A stretch of DNA of 64,000 nt from Salpingoeca rosetta (Eukaryota; Protista; Choanoflagellata): the NCBI GenBank assembly GCA_033442325.1, contig JAWQFM010000015.1:252891-316890 (forward strand), in the 5' to 3' direction. Below, piece by piece: positions 12,838 through 48,440 of this stretch (the stretch's first letter is position 1; every line of letters begins with the position of its first letter). The notes under the pieces were generated by a model. It was not told the origin of the DNA. It made no database searches and saw only the letters and a list, made by a program, of their open reading frames with translations. The position numbers were made by a program, and so were the translations under genes.

Positions 12838-13183
12838 CTCATCCTGTGCGGTCAGAACTTGCCAACGTGCAGCCTATTTACCAGGGGGACCGGTGGACCG
12901 GGATTAATTTTAATGGGACGGGAACGTCTATGGACGACCTAATCACTGCAATTAAAGTGGTCAGCCACTCATCTACAATGATCTTCAGAGAATAGCCGGA
13001 TTAAGAGTACCCCGAAAAGAGGAGGGTAACATAAATCGGCTTGACTCCTTGGGGAACTACACCCCCAGTGAGCGTGCAACTGTCATGCGGTGTATCCTTA
13101 CTGGGCCTCCACTTGTGACATATGAGTCGTCTGTGACTAGAATTTGAGAAGAACCCGTGGCGCCATCCATGTCACAGGGAGAG
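12838..13183. mobile_element. Possible non-autonomous element or TE fragment inserted in a microsatellite
   Basis: ~345 bp of repeat-free sequence unlike its surroundings, between (GT)n and (GA)(GT)/(CA)n tracts. Imperfect terminal inverted match: tctcatcctgtg versus cacagggagaga. Confidence 0.3.
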
Positions 13184-13210
13184 AGAGAGTGTGTGTGTGT
13201 CACACACACC

Positions 13211-13267
<57 letters not shown>

Positions 13268-13671
13268 CCTTTCCTCTGCCGATAATCAGCGTATGATTTT
13301 GTGCAATTTTCCTTTGTGTGGCTTGGCCGTTGCTGTCTGTTGTTTGTTGTTGGACAGATTTGCGCTTTGTATTTTTCGTCGCGCATGCACACAGCTGGCG
13401 GATATCGACCTGCGAGACACACCAGGGAAGGAACGCAAAGCATCAAGCAAGCAAACAAGGCTGGCTCACTCGCTTGTGCACCCCTCTTGCGATCTGCAGA
13501 AGCGCAGGGATCCAGCCACTGTTTGGGCTTTGCACAAAGTGATATTGTGACAAACGCAGAAGCAGGCCACCGAACAGACGTGTCTTGTTGTTTGCTTGCA
13601 CTCTGCTGTTGCCGTTGAGTTTGCATTTGTGGCCCTTTGTTAGCTTGCCGCTCCAACGATTGCACGCCACC

Positions 13672-19584
<5,913 letters not shown>

Positions 19585-20502
19585 TCGCAGCCAATATGTG
19601 TGTGTGTGTGTTCAAGACAACGCAATGGGGAACAAGATAATGGCGCAAGCACGATCCTCGCTCTTGTTCCAATGTCTCCCAAAGCCGTGTCCCTTCTGGC
19701 CTGTTTTCGCATAGCGTAGCCCAGTGTGCATTGCTTGTCGCTATTCGTTGCTGTTCTTTCTGCGTCATTTTCTTGCGTGCCTTTGCTGGCGTCCATGGGT
19801 GTACATCGTTGTATGTGCACGTGCGTGTGTGTGTGTGTGTGTGTTGGCTCATAATTGCTTTTTCACATTTTTCTTTCTGCAAGTGCTGGAACGTTCGTGC
19901 CACTTGTTCATGTGCGCAACTTTGATTGGTTGTTGTGATTGTGCGTGCTTGCGTGTGTGTGTCTGTGTGTGTGTGTGTGTCCGTCTGTTCCATTAGCCCT
20001 TACTTCATTTCTTCCGTCGCTGCCTGTTGCGTTGCCTCGTGCTTCCTCTCATGTTTCTCTGTCTCTGTTGTCATGTCGTTACAATCCCACGCTGTGTTTG
20101 CTTTAACATACACCGTTCCTGTCCAATCCCAACGAGGCATGCACCACGCTTCCTTTGGTGTAGCGTGTGCGCATGTGCGTGTGTATGCGTTGTGCGACAG
20201 CAGACATGTATTCTTCTTCGTGGACGCACGCGCACACGCAGAACGTGCAAAACAAGCGCAAACAAGCAGTGCGAAGGAGGGCACGAAGGCACAACAACAA
20301 GCAACGAAGCAGCAAAGAAGCAACCAAAACAAGCAAACAAACCAAAGGCAACACGCAGAGCTCGCACACACGCAAAACGTGTAAGCATCGACATGTGCGT
20401 GCACGTGAGTGTGTGTGCACGTGCATGTGTGTGTGCGTGCACGTGCATTTGTGTGTGTATGTGTGTGTGTGTGTGCGTGTGTGTGTGTGTGTGTGTGTGC
20501 GT

Positions 20503-23210
<2,708 letters not shown>

Positions 23211-23361
23211 CGTGGACGGAAGGACGGAAGGAAGCCGTGGACAGGGCGGTTGTGACACACAGACAGTCAGTGCCGCTTGTTGCTTGTTGGGCTTGCTTGC
23301 TTTGTTGCGCACTGTTGTTGATATCTGCTATATTTTTGAGTGTCGTGTCGCCCACTATCGC

Positions 23362-23371
23362 TTTGGCGCGC
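23362..23371 (+). promoter_or_regulatory. E2F-consensus site in the MTCH/PARG bidirectional promoter
   Basis: TTTGGCGCGC about 100 bp upstream of the PARG ATG. Confidence 0.4.
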
Positions 23372-23466
23372 TCGCACATCCACATACGCTGACGCACACG
23401 AAAACACGACACACACCAACCCGCATCGGCCCCACGACGCTTTAGCAGGCAAGTGGGGAGGGAATC

Positions 23467-29607
<6,141 letters not shown>

Positions 29608-30261
29608 GCGCTGACACGCCTGTCTGTAAGTGTGCGTGTGCGTGCGTGTGTGTGTGTGTGTCTGCGTTAGCGTATCTGTTGTCTGCGTTAGCGTGTCTGT
29701 TGTCTGTGTGTCTGTGTGTCTGTGTGTGCATGCCTGCGTCACACTGCGGCGCGTCTCCGTTTGAAGATGACCCTTCCGCACCAGTGCACTCGTGCATGAC
29801 ATGAGATGGGATGAACTTGCTTTCCGATAAACTCATTGATGATCATTCACCTCTTCACCTTTGTGAGTGACGAGACCCCTCGCAACACCCCTTGCAACAT
29901 CCGTCTGTTGTGTGGTTGTTGATGCGCACTTCTCCACATATCCACCATTCACGGCGAGAGGAAAGTTGGCGGGTAAAGGGTCGAAAGGACAGTTTGTGCA
30001 AATCGCCCAAAGAGAAACTTTGTCATTGCACTACAAAATGTCGGACGCTCCTCACATTATTCAGATTATTCTTGCACAACCCACAAACTGTCACGCCACG
30101 GCGCGCTAACACACCGCAGTTCCCGCGTGGGTCAAGGCATTCCTTGTTCCATTTCCTCACATAAGCTCCTTTGCACCCACAGCACGCCCCAACACGAGCC
30201 AGACCACCGGCCGACCCATTGCCCAGCACCTTCACGCACTCCCCAAAACCAAAGAGCAACA

Positions 30262-31793
30262 ATGGACCCTTCGAAGAACTGGACGCAGAGCGACAACACC
30301 GGCGCCAGTAGCAGCTCCAGCCCAAGCAGCTCCAGCAGCTCCAGCAGCTCCAGCTCAAGCTCCAAGAACAACACCAACACCAACAGCATGGACATGGATG
30401 TGGATATGGAGGCTGACGCTATGGATGTGGCACCCGACGCGTCCAAGGCTGAGCCTGCATCAAGCTCCAAGCCAGGTGCGCGTGCCATGGTGACTGCAGA
30501 TGACCACGACCCCAGCGACAACTTCCTCAACACCAATGGAGAGGCCGACGTCATCCAACTCATGCAGAACATGGCTCTGGAAGTGGACCGACGCCACCCA
30601 GTGATTGTGCCGCCGGAAGAAGACAAGCAAGATGACGACGGCAGCAACACCATCCGCGTCGACAACGGCGTCCTCGACCTCCGAGGTATCCTCGTCCCTT
30701 GTGTCGAGGGTGACGAGTATCCGCAAGTCGGAAAAGGGCTGCTGACAACAGCAGACTTGCTTGAGGTGGCAAAGCGGCGCGCCCAGCCCAACACCAACCG
30801 CGAGGGGGGTAGACCCGATCATGACAACGGCGACGGCGGCAACCGCGGCGATGCTCGCGTCGATGACGATGATGATGATGACGACGACGACGATGACGAC
30901 GGTGAACATGTCGACGAGGACGACGACGACGACGAGGACCAGGACGACGAGGACGAGCGCCCGCCTCTCAAAGTGGACTGGCCCACCATCTCCACCATTT
31001 GCTTCACGCGCCGCCAGTGGGGCCTGATGGACACGTGCCACATTCTCCTCGCGTGCCGGTGGCTTGCTGCAGGCAACCCAGAGTTTACCGGTATCAACCT
31101 GGTTGGCATCGACCTCAAGCGCGGACAGAGCGAGAACCAACCGCACTGCAATACCCCTACGCGAGACGACCGAGCCCAAGCCCTGGCTGGCCCTGAGTTC
31201 ACCAAGCAACTGGTGCGTTTTGTTTGCGTGGTGTGTATGCATGTGTGTATGTGTGCATGTGTGCATGTGTGCATGTGTGCATGTGTGCATGTCCGTGTGC
31301 GTCTGTGTGTGTGATTGTCTGTGTGTGTGTGTGTGCAAGTGTGCGTATGCGTGTGTATGTGTGTATGTTTGTGTGTGCCTATCTTTCTGCCCCTGCAACT
31401 GCGAGGATGGGCAAGCTGGTTTGTTTGTTTGTTGTTGGCACACACTGTGGTGCTTCACTGTCGAAGCACAGCCACTTCCCACTCACGCCGCACTCGTTGC
31501 TGCGCTTCATTGTCGCTCGACAGGTCAAGGCACTTGAGGAGTACATTGTGCAGAACGGAGGCGTTCCTGTGTATCACCATGTGAACCGAGCCCAGGATGA
31601 CAATGTCGTCAGAGCTGGCAAGGCCAGGCTTGCTCGCAACGCTGTCAACGCGCGCCACACCGCAAACGCAGACAATGCCAGGATTGCGCGCAGGAAGACG
31701 GTCCTGCGCGTGAGAGTGCGTATGGGCCAGGTCGAGCGAAGGCTCCCACTCGACCACCGTGCCGTGTTTGAACTCCTTCAAGACGAAGCTTGA
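30262..31793 (+). CDS. Hypothetical protein, 2 exons (30262-31212, 31524-31793)
   Basis: Long non-repeat ORF with codon-like composition and a phase-0 GT-AG intron; no family recognised. Confidence 0.7.
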
Positions 31794-32619
31794 GCCAACA
31801 GCAGGCTCATCTTCACAAGACAGAACAGCTGTGCTATGCTGTGCTCGGCTTGTTTCTTGTAGTCCAATGCGTCGCAAAGGTGACGCTTTGAGGCTTTGGA
31901 TTTGCGTTTGTACAGTGTGTATGTACGTGCACGTGTGTGCCTTTGTACACGTTTCTTTTCTTCTTCTTTTCTTTTCGTCCCTGTGTGATCTGGACGCTTC
32001 GCATTGTCAGTTTGCGCGCTAGCATGCTTCATTCATGGAGATGTATCGCAGCACCAATGCAATGTAATGTTCCCACCCTCTTGGTCCTTTTCTTTTTTCC
32101 TTTTGCGTATTGTTTGCGCTCGTGTTGCGTGTACGTATCTCTGTCGCCTGCTGCTTTTTCTGCACTTCTGCCTGGCATGGTACTGCACCACACCAGGTCA
32201 AGCGCTGGCAGCATTCGTGTGTGTGTTCCCTTTAGGTTGCTGCTTTCGTTCATTGTTGTTTGTGCATGCTTTCTCGTTTCGTGATGCGCTTTGTGCGCCG
32301 TAGTGTTGTTGCGCAAGACAATGAACAGAGTGATGATGGTTTCTGAAAGCAGGGCTTGAACGAAGGTGTGGATGTGCTTGTACTTGAACGAGACACAAGG
32401 ATAACAAATTCCCAAAAAGCGAACAAACACTACAAGGGGAGGAGGGTCAGTTACTCGTGACAGGTGCGTGCACAACGCAACAGAAGCCTACACAGTCAAA
32501 CAACAGAACATGCATGCACGCACAACAAACGCAACAAAAGGACGGTCTATTCGACTCGTGACTGGATGGGATGGGGCAGGGGCTTCAGTCACGCTCTGCT
32601 ACAAATCAACAGCACTCCG

Positions 32620-39392
<6,773 letters not shown>

Positions 39393-39490
39393 ACTGCCGC
39401 GCAATCACTCAACGTGCACGGCGCCGCCGTTGCTGTGGGCTGGACCGTGCAACAGCGTCGCTCAAACCAAAGTCGTGGCCGTTGACCCTG

Positions 39491-39570
<80 letters not shown>

Positions 39571-41106
39571 TGGATGGATGAGTGGATGTGTGGACAGACG
39601 TGTGGATGGGTGAATGCCCCGTTGTTCGCAGAAGAACAGCAGCCGCAAATACAAACAACAAACGTGTGTCCGAGCAAACAAAGTACCTCAACCCACGTGG
39701 CTGTGATGTGATGTGTGTGTGTGCTTGTGTTGTGTTACATTACTGTGCGCCACGCAAGCTTTCGCAGCACTGAATGTCACCAAGCACATCCGTGCGTGCA
39801 AGCGTGTCGTCTCACCGTGCTTCTTGTCTCTGGTTGTACCTTGTGTGTGTGTGTGTGTGTCACACCCGGCCTTGTGTGCCAGCAGCGTGGGTTTGTTGTG
39901 TTGTTGATCTTGGAGGCGTTTGTGCGGGGCGATTTCCGCAATCCATCACAATCAGCAGCGGCCGCCATTCAAAAATAAACACAGCTCTTTGTGCGCGTTG
40001 CTGATGACTTGACAGCAATTGGAGAGATGGCCTGACTCGCCGCTGTGGTTGTCATGTCATGCCATTGATGCGAGTGTGCACCAGACACAGGGTGTGCAGT
40101 TTGTGGTCGTCTCCCTGCTTTGCACCTTCATTGCGCTACGCTTTCTTGCTCCAAGCATGTGCGATTTGGGGGGTTTTGCTGTTTGCGTTGGACACACACA
40201 ACGCGACACGCTACGGCTGGGCAGAACCCGCAAAAGAAACGCAAGTGCGGGAAAGCAGTAGCAGCAGCTATGCCAACGTTGCCCAGAAAAGGAGGAGATC
40301 CAACAAGGAAGGAAACAGGGAGAGGAAGGGGAGCAAGAGAGTTCACGGGGCGCGACACGCAAACACCTCAGCCAGGCACACGGCGACAAAGCCCACACAA
40401 TACATGTACACACGCGCACATACACAGTCGACAATCACGGGTAGAGAGACAAGTTTCCAAAACAAATGCACAGAGAAGAAGCAAGTGTGCTTGGTTCAAT
40501 GCTGCGAGGCTTCACTTCACATTCACACATGCAGACAACACGACAGCACGCGCGTACACGTACACATACACTCACATGCCGGTGGAATCACCACCAAACA
40601 CTGCAAATGGGGAAGAGGAGGAACAAAGAAATGGGAAACGCAAGGAGGAAGAAGAGGAGGGGGAAAATGCGACACATGCACAACGGCGAAAACGTGCGAG
40701 CCGCCGCAAGCACGCCACGCAGCAAGCAAGGTGCCACGTGCGCAAACGCACAGCCCAATGGACACCACACCGCTACCAAGTCAAAGGGGAAAAGGAGGGG
40801 ACTGGGTCGAGCGAACCTCAGACCGCAAAGGCGGAATGACAAGGAACACCGACAAAGAGAGTGGGCAGGGGAAAGGCTTGACATGGCAGACAGGCAGTTT
40901 GGAGAGACGATGCGCGGGGCAGAAAGGGGGAAAAGAAAAGAGGACACGAAAGAGCACGACAATAGGACATAACGTCACATGAAGAGAACACACGAAACAA
41001 AGCCAGCAACGCCACAACTCTCCCACACGATCCCGCCTTAGATCTGGAAGACGAGGGAGGGAGGAGGCGACGCCACCAAGTTCATTTCACGAGGCCAATC
41101 TGTCCT

Positions 41107-41731
41107 TTAGTTCTCGTCATCGCCGTCCACGTTGTCGGTGTCCGAGGTCCAGAGCTGATGGTTGAAAGTGCAAAACAAGAGGAAGCGGAGGGAGCAGAGC
41201 ATGGTAACAGGAAGAGCGGGTGAGTGGATGATCGCAGTCGTGTAATCCAGCGACAAGGTCAACACACACACACAACACTGCAGATCCAGCGACTGATAGT
41301 GGCACTCATACACGAGAACGGGAACACCACCACCACCACGACCAAACAATGTTTCATTCGTACCGTGAGGTTGTCGCGCAGCAGCTGCATGATGAGTGTG
41401 CTGTCTTTGTACGACTCCTCGTTGAGGGTGTCGAGCTCGGCAATGGCGTCGTCAAACGCCTGCTTGGCAAGGTGGCAGGCCTTGTCGGGGGTGTTCTTGA
41501 TCTCGTAGTAGAAGACGGAGAAGTTGAGGGCAAGGCCGAGGCGGATGGGGTGCGTGGGCGCCATCTCGGATTTGCTGATGTCAAGGGCCGCCTGGTAGGC
41601 CTCCTGCGAGTCGTTGACAATCTCTGCACAGTCGGAACAGTAAGTGCGCAAGGGGCATGTGGATGAGTGTGGAAGAGAGAAGAGAGTGTGTGAGAGGATA
41701 GAGAAAGACAGACAGACAGAGAGAGAGAGAG

Positions 41732-41766
<35 letters not shown>

Positions 41767-42502
41767 AAGAGAGAGAGAGAAAGAGAGAGAGAGAGTGTGT
41801 GTGTGTGTGCAGCAGCAGCAGCAGCAACAAAAACAACAACACGTGTACAAATGCACACAACCCACAGAAAACACACGAAAACAGCAAAGAGATGCAACGT
41901 ACTGTCGCGGTCGTCGCCGGTTGCGACCTCAGCGAGGTAGCGGTAGTAGTCGCCCTTCATCTTGAGGTAGAAGACCTTGCTCTCAGAGTTGGTGGACTTG
42001 GGGACGAGGTGGTCGTCCAGGAGTTTCTGATGAAAGAGAACCAAGGAAGCAGTGAGAAAGGCACGTTGTGCGAACGCGTGTTTGGCGGAGCAGAGACTTG
42101 GCAACCGTAATCGCTCGCTCAAATTGAGAAACCACACCAACCCACAGAAACAAAGCACACCGCTACCACCAAGGTGATACAAAAAGGTTGCACGGTTTGA
42201 CTTACCAGGACCTCCTCGCAGATGGTCTTGAGCTCACCCTCAATCTTCTCCCTGTACTCCTTGGCCATCGACTGCTTGCGCTCGTTGCTCTCGGTCTTCT
42301 GTTCGATGGAGGAGATGACACGCCAGGACGAGCGGCGGGTGCCGACAACGTTCTTGTAGGCGACGGAGAGGAGGTTGCGCTCCTCGGGGCTGAGCTCGCT
42401 GTCCATCTCGGTGACCTTCTTCATGGCCGCGGCCATGTCCTCGTAGCGCTCGGCCTGCTCGGCGAGCTTGGCCTGTGTCACGGTATCGTCCCGCTCAGAC
42501 AT
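41107..42502 (-). CDS. 14-3-3 protein (4 coding exons)
   Basis: [76 protein letters not shown]|LWTSD. Confidence 0.98.
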
Positions 42503-43672
42503 GATGCTGTTTGTTGTGGGATAAGGGGGTGTTCTGCAGGCCAACAGGAACAAGAGAGCCAAGACAGAGACCGTGAGTGTGTGAGTGAGGGATGGCTTGA
42601 GTGTGTGCGTGTGAAACAACAAAGATGCCGGCGATAGCTGGTGTTGGTTCGTCGTCTGTATGCTGTTGTCGTTTGTTCAGCCTCCTCACACAACACGCAC
42701 ACATCCACAAAAGCACACTCTCACGGCGCCACCAATGAATCGACTCAAACCACCAACAACACACCAAAGAACTGGGTGGAAACTGACAGCGAAGCAAGCG
42801 CAAGGAAAGACAGAGAGGAGAGGAGAGGAGAGGGATTGAACAGGGGTTGGAAATGCAAGCGAACAAGAGAGAGATGCAACACAAAGGGTGGGTGCGGGAA
42901 AGGTAGCACAGAGAAACAAGATGGAGCGAAAGACACACGGAAGGAACCCCGTTGCGAAGACAGCCAACAAACAAAAGCCAAGGAGAAAGCGGGTGTATCT
43001 TGAAACAGTCAAAGTAAAGTAAAGTGTACAGGCGGCACCACCCGAAAGCAAGAGCAGAAACAAGGGCAAGCGAGCGCGCGTGATCGGAACACCATTCAGT
43101 GCGGAACCACACAGCCCCATCTCGTGCGTGTGTGTTGGTTGCATGTTTGGTGTGTTGTGCACGCTTTGACACCCATCAACAAAGCGACAACAAATCAGAG
43201 GCAGGGCAAACGGTTGAATGGGCTACGGTTCGGTGAACAAGAAACAAACACAGCCCCATGGTTGAGGCAAGGCGAGGCGAGGACTGAGTCCACCATCAGC
43301 ACCACCATCACCTCAACCCAAACAAAACAGGGAGCGGGGATGGAACAAAGCCAACAACCGTTGAAACCAAACACACAAACAGCAAACTCAAGAGGTAGGG
43401 AGGGGGAGGTGTGGACCTTGCCACACCCAGCCATCTCTACACCCATTGACGGTCACCCACAGCTCGGAGCACACGAACAACAACCAACAACCAACAACCA
43501 ACAACGCTCAGCACCACAAAAGCTGCCGTCCGTCCGCTGCTGGTGCTGTTGGCGAACCACCACCACCACCAATGTCGTGCATGAAATCCATCCATCACTC
43601 GCTGCACACGGCGTTGGCTTCGTGTGTGCATGATGGCTCCCCGCTTCAGTCGCCTCTCCCAGAGAGCCACGC

Positions 43673-43707
<35 letters not shown>

Positions 43708-44322
43708 CTGATCCAAACACCAAGCTCCCATCCCCCATCACCATCACCAAGCGCGGCAGGTTGCTTGTGCTTGCCTACCTGTTGAGTTGAAGGGCTGAGT
43801 TGGCGCTGTGGTGGCAAGCGGTTGTGTGTGTGAATGTGTGCAGTAAGAAAAACTCTCTTTCTCCTTTCCTCTGGCTGGCAAGAGCAAAGAAGCAACAGCG
43901 GAAAGAAAAAAAACGACGGATGCTGTGTGTGTGTGGCCTGAACGGACGTTGCAAAGAAAGAAAGAATTTTGTGGACTTTTGGTGAATGATTTCTATTGAT
44001 TGTCGGGGTTCGATGGTGCGGAAGTTGTAATTGCTGGAGCGGCAAAAATGGGGCTCAGCTCATAACACACTATCCACCATCGAAACGAACAGATGCACGA
44101 TTGCAGCAATCGTCCACCAAAAGCGCCAGGACAAAACAAGCAAGAAAAACGACATCTATTTTTGGATGGAACCGGGCGAATGGGTTGGCAAGTGTGTTGT
44201 GGTGTGTGTGCTTGTGTGTTTGTGTGTTGTGTGTTGGCGTCAGTTGGTTCTTTCCCTTCTTCTTGCTGTCTGTCATCCTTGCCTTGCGTTGTCCCTTGCC
44301 TGTGCCTTTTGGGTTTGGTTGG

Positions 44323-44552
44323 TTAAGCCTCCTCTTGGAGTTCCAGGAGGGTTTCCAGCTCCTCCACCAGCGTCTCAAAGCGATAGGCGCAGCGCGTATC
44401 AGGCACGTTGGATTGCCTATGTTTGGGTGTGTGTGGGAGGGGGGAGATGTGTGTGATGTGTGTGTGTGTGAGGGATGCAAGGATGGCAAACGTGCACACA
44501 CATACTCGCGCGCGCACACACCTCACGTATGCACACATCCCCCCCCCGACGC

Positions 44553-44594
<42 letters not shown>

Positions 44595-46325
44595 CACCAC
44601 CACCACCAACGTACGCAATGTTGTTGCCTGAAGGGCCGGCGCTGTCAAAGTGGTCGCCGAGCCAGTGGCGCTTAAACTCTGCAGGGAAGCCGCTGATGCG
44701 AACAGAGTTGGCGCAAATCTCGCACACATCCACGCGGGACAGGCGCCACACCTGCGACGCAATGCTGTACTCCTCAATCAGGGGCTCGCGTGACAGATGG
44801 AACAACAGCGGGTCGTCTGTTTGTGTGTGTGTGTGTGCACTGTGGTGTGTGTGTGATGTGTGGTGTGTCTGTGTGGGGAATGTGAGAAGCGGGGTGGAGG
44901 GTGAACGACGACTGCTCAACGCACGCCTTCCAAACACGCACGCAGAGTCACGCGAGAGCAAACAAACAAAACACCAAACCAAACCAAGCAAACTAACAAC
45001 CTCAACAAACAAAGAAACCAAGCAAAGGTCAGAACACACACACGTACACAACACACACACAAAATACGGACCGGTGGAGAGGGTGACGTTCATGCCCATG
45101 GCATGGAAGTTGGGGAAGGGGTTCTTGTGATAGTCGAGGAAGAGGTGGTTGTTGCTGAGCGGCGACACAGAGAGGCCCACCTGGCACAGGTAGTACAGGT
45201 ACTGCAGCACGGGCGCCTGTGGCAAGTTACACCGCAACATTGGGAATGGGAAACAGAGGTCAAAGTGAGATGGGGTATACACACACATGTGCAAGCAAGA
45301 GCAGGCACACGCGCACACCCATACCCACACCCCCACCCCACACACACACGCACACACACACACACACACACACTTACTTTGCGGAGACGAATGCCGTGGG
45401 AAATGTTCTCGCTGAGAAGGTAGGTGGTGACCAGGTGCTCGATGGAGCCCGCCTCGCCAGAGTGGGGGCGGAACGCAAACGTGTTCAGGCCCTTGGCCTT
45501 GCGCAACTTGTTCAGCACGCTCAGGTTGGCATACGTGTAGTACGCATAGTACGAGTACGACGGGTTGTCGGGCTTGTCCCACATCTCTGGTTGCTCGCAG
45601 CTGCGTATATGCGTGTGCATATGCGTGTGTGTGTGCATGTGTGTGGGTGAGGACATAAATCACGCAGCAACACAGGCCATGTGCACTCGTTCCCAAGCCC
45701 TTCTTCACAACCCCCCCCCCCCTTCCGGGCTCCTCCATGATCATGAAAACACTCTTCCAATCACCCGTCCCACCCCTTCCTCGCATCAACACGACACGCC
45801 CGCCAGCAAAGAGAGAAGGCGGCACCTTGGGGTGTGTGGGAAGCGCTCTGGCTTGCTCTCGTCGTCCACGCTGTCAAAGCCAACCACGTGCGCCAGGAAC
45901 TCCGCCAGCTTGGGGTCCTTCTCGGGGTTGAGCGTGTTCTGCGCAGCAGGCAAAGGGGTGTGGAGGAGGGGGGAAAAAGTGGGTTGGTGAGTGTGGTGCA
46001 GATGTGATGCAACTGTGCGTGTGTGTGTGTGTGTTGTGTGCACGTACTTGTAGCAAGCAGACGCAGTGGCAAAGACATTTGAAGAGGAACAAGAGGAGGA
46101 AAAGGCAAAGCACGCATGCACAGACACATGTGCAGACACAGACACACGTACACAGACACATGAGCCAACTGACCTCGAAGAGAGGGCGGAAGAGGTTGTC
46201 GAGAACTTGTGCAAAGTTGTCGAGGAGGCCCGTCTTCTTGTACACATAACTGCACACACACAAAGCGGTACAAAAAAAAAAAGCAGTGAGCAAAGGGTAC
46301 AGCGAAAGAGTGTCCAAACAGCACG

Positions 46326-46393
<68 letters not shown>

Positions 46394-46665
46394 CCTCAAC
46401 ACCACGCGAGTTGAGACAACGCACTAGAGGCGGGGCACTTGGATGAGCCAGCGGACGTTGTCGGAGGCCATGTTGTTGTCGCAGAACCACGCGCCAAGCT
46501 TCGTCAGCTCGTCGGGCGCACGCCCGTACACAGACACGCGGTACTCAGCCTGCAGCGGACAAAGGTTTGGGGGTGGAGGAGGTGGGTAATTGGTAAGCGC
46601 AGAGGGAAACGGGGTGGAGGAGGAGGAGGAGAGAAGAGAAGAAGGCATGAGAGCACGTAAGGCGA

Positions 46666-46724
<59 letters not shown>

Positions 46725-47390
46725 CTTGTGTGTGTGTGTGTGTGTGTGTGCTGAGAGAACAGGACAACAGCCGACTGCCCAAGAGCAACAGCACGACATC
46801 TAACGCACCATCTGGTACTTTGACTCCTCGAGGTCGTCAATGACCTGGCGGGAAACCTCCGCAAAGTACCGCCCCTTGATCTGCAGTGACAGTAGTGGCG
46901 GCGGTGTGAGCAAACCCGTCATCGTGATGGTGACGCAACCACAACACAAAAACAGCACACACACACACATCCGTAAACGCACACATCCGTAAACTAACCC
47001 AACACAACACGACACAACACAGCACAACACTACCACAACACAACACAACACAACACCACACCTTGTTGCTTGTCTTGAGGAAGATCTCGCGCAGGCGGGA
47101 CTCGCCAATGGGGTTGTACTTGAGGTTGAAGCGGTCAAAGCGGTGGAACGTCGACTGGTCCGCGTGCATGTCCAGCGTGTCAATCGACAAATCGTACGAC
47201 GTCAGGTTCAGGCTGCAACGCGGTCATAGTGTGAAGGCAAGCGCGTGGACGGCGTTGTGGGTGGATTGAATGAGGTGTGGCAGTCGAGACGTGGACACAG
47301 GGCAAGAGTCACAAGCAGCAAAGCAAACACGTATGTACACGCACACGAAAATACACACACACACACACAAATACGCACACACACACAAAT

Positions 47391-47427
<37 letters not shown>

Positions 47428-48376
47428 TACGCACACACACACACGCACAAACAACCAAATAAAGTTCAAACAGAGCAGGCCACCCCTGCACCACCACGGG
47501 CGGCGCACCTGTCAAAGACTTGCTGGAGGGTGAGGTCCTTTCCATCACGGTGGATGACCGTCTCGTCAGGGCACTTCTTCAGCTTCGACTTGATGAAGCG
47601 CAGCAGGTGCTTCTGGTTCATGCACGCAGACAGGTGCACGTGTGTGTCCACCTGACATGATGGTGTTGGTTGGTTGATTGGTTTGGTTGGTTGGTTGGCG
47701 AGGCAGGGAACATGGGATGGCGTGAGAGACGTGTGCGTGTGCGTGTGTGTGCGAGTAAGATGTGTGCGTGTGTGTGTGTGTTGGGAAAGGGGAGAGCAGA
47801 GTTGTGACGTGACAGCATCAAGCAAAACGTGAAGTAGGCAAGGGCATTTGCACTGCGCGGGCTCACACCTTTCGGATGTTGTAAAAGTCACGATGGGGAA
47901 CGGACTTTTGCTCCGCTGTCAAGGATATCGCAACAGCAACCGCAGGTGTGAGTCATCACGTGTTGTGCAACAAGAGCGTGCAGTGAAGCACAAGGAAGCA
48001 TGCGCATAAGTAAGTTCACGAGCACATAGCTAAGAGTTTGGCCAAAATTTGCAAACACCACACACACACACAGAAACACACACAGAAACACACACACGCA
48101 CACACCCACACACATACGCACACACGCCAAGGGCAGCAACGCACTGAGCTCGCGGGTGCTGTTGAGCATGGTGTGGAGGGTGAACTTGTTGAGGAGAAAG
48201 TGGATGCGGCGGAAGGAGAAGGACTTGGTTGGTCCGTCGTTGATCAGCGCCAACAGCTTCGACAAATCCCGCAGATAGTACTTCACATCTGCAGTTTGCA
48301 CATGGGGCACAACAGCCGGGGGTGTCAGAGACAAAGTAGGCGTGTCTCGATGACAAGGGAGAGAGAATTGTCGCGC

Positions 48377-48440
<64 letters not shown>

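Noticed and set aside
19600-20500. ORFs between PPP6R and MTCH
   Set aside because: Repeat-rich convergent 3' UTR region without coding signal.
40059-40982. 307-aa plus-strand ORF between lipin and 14-3-3
   Set aside because: No recognisable domain; it is the purine-rich antisense of the probable 14-3-3 3' UTR.
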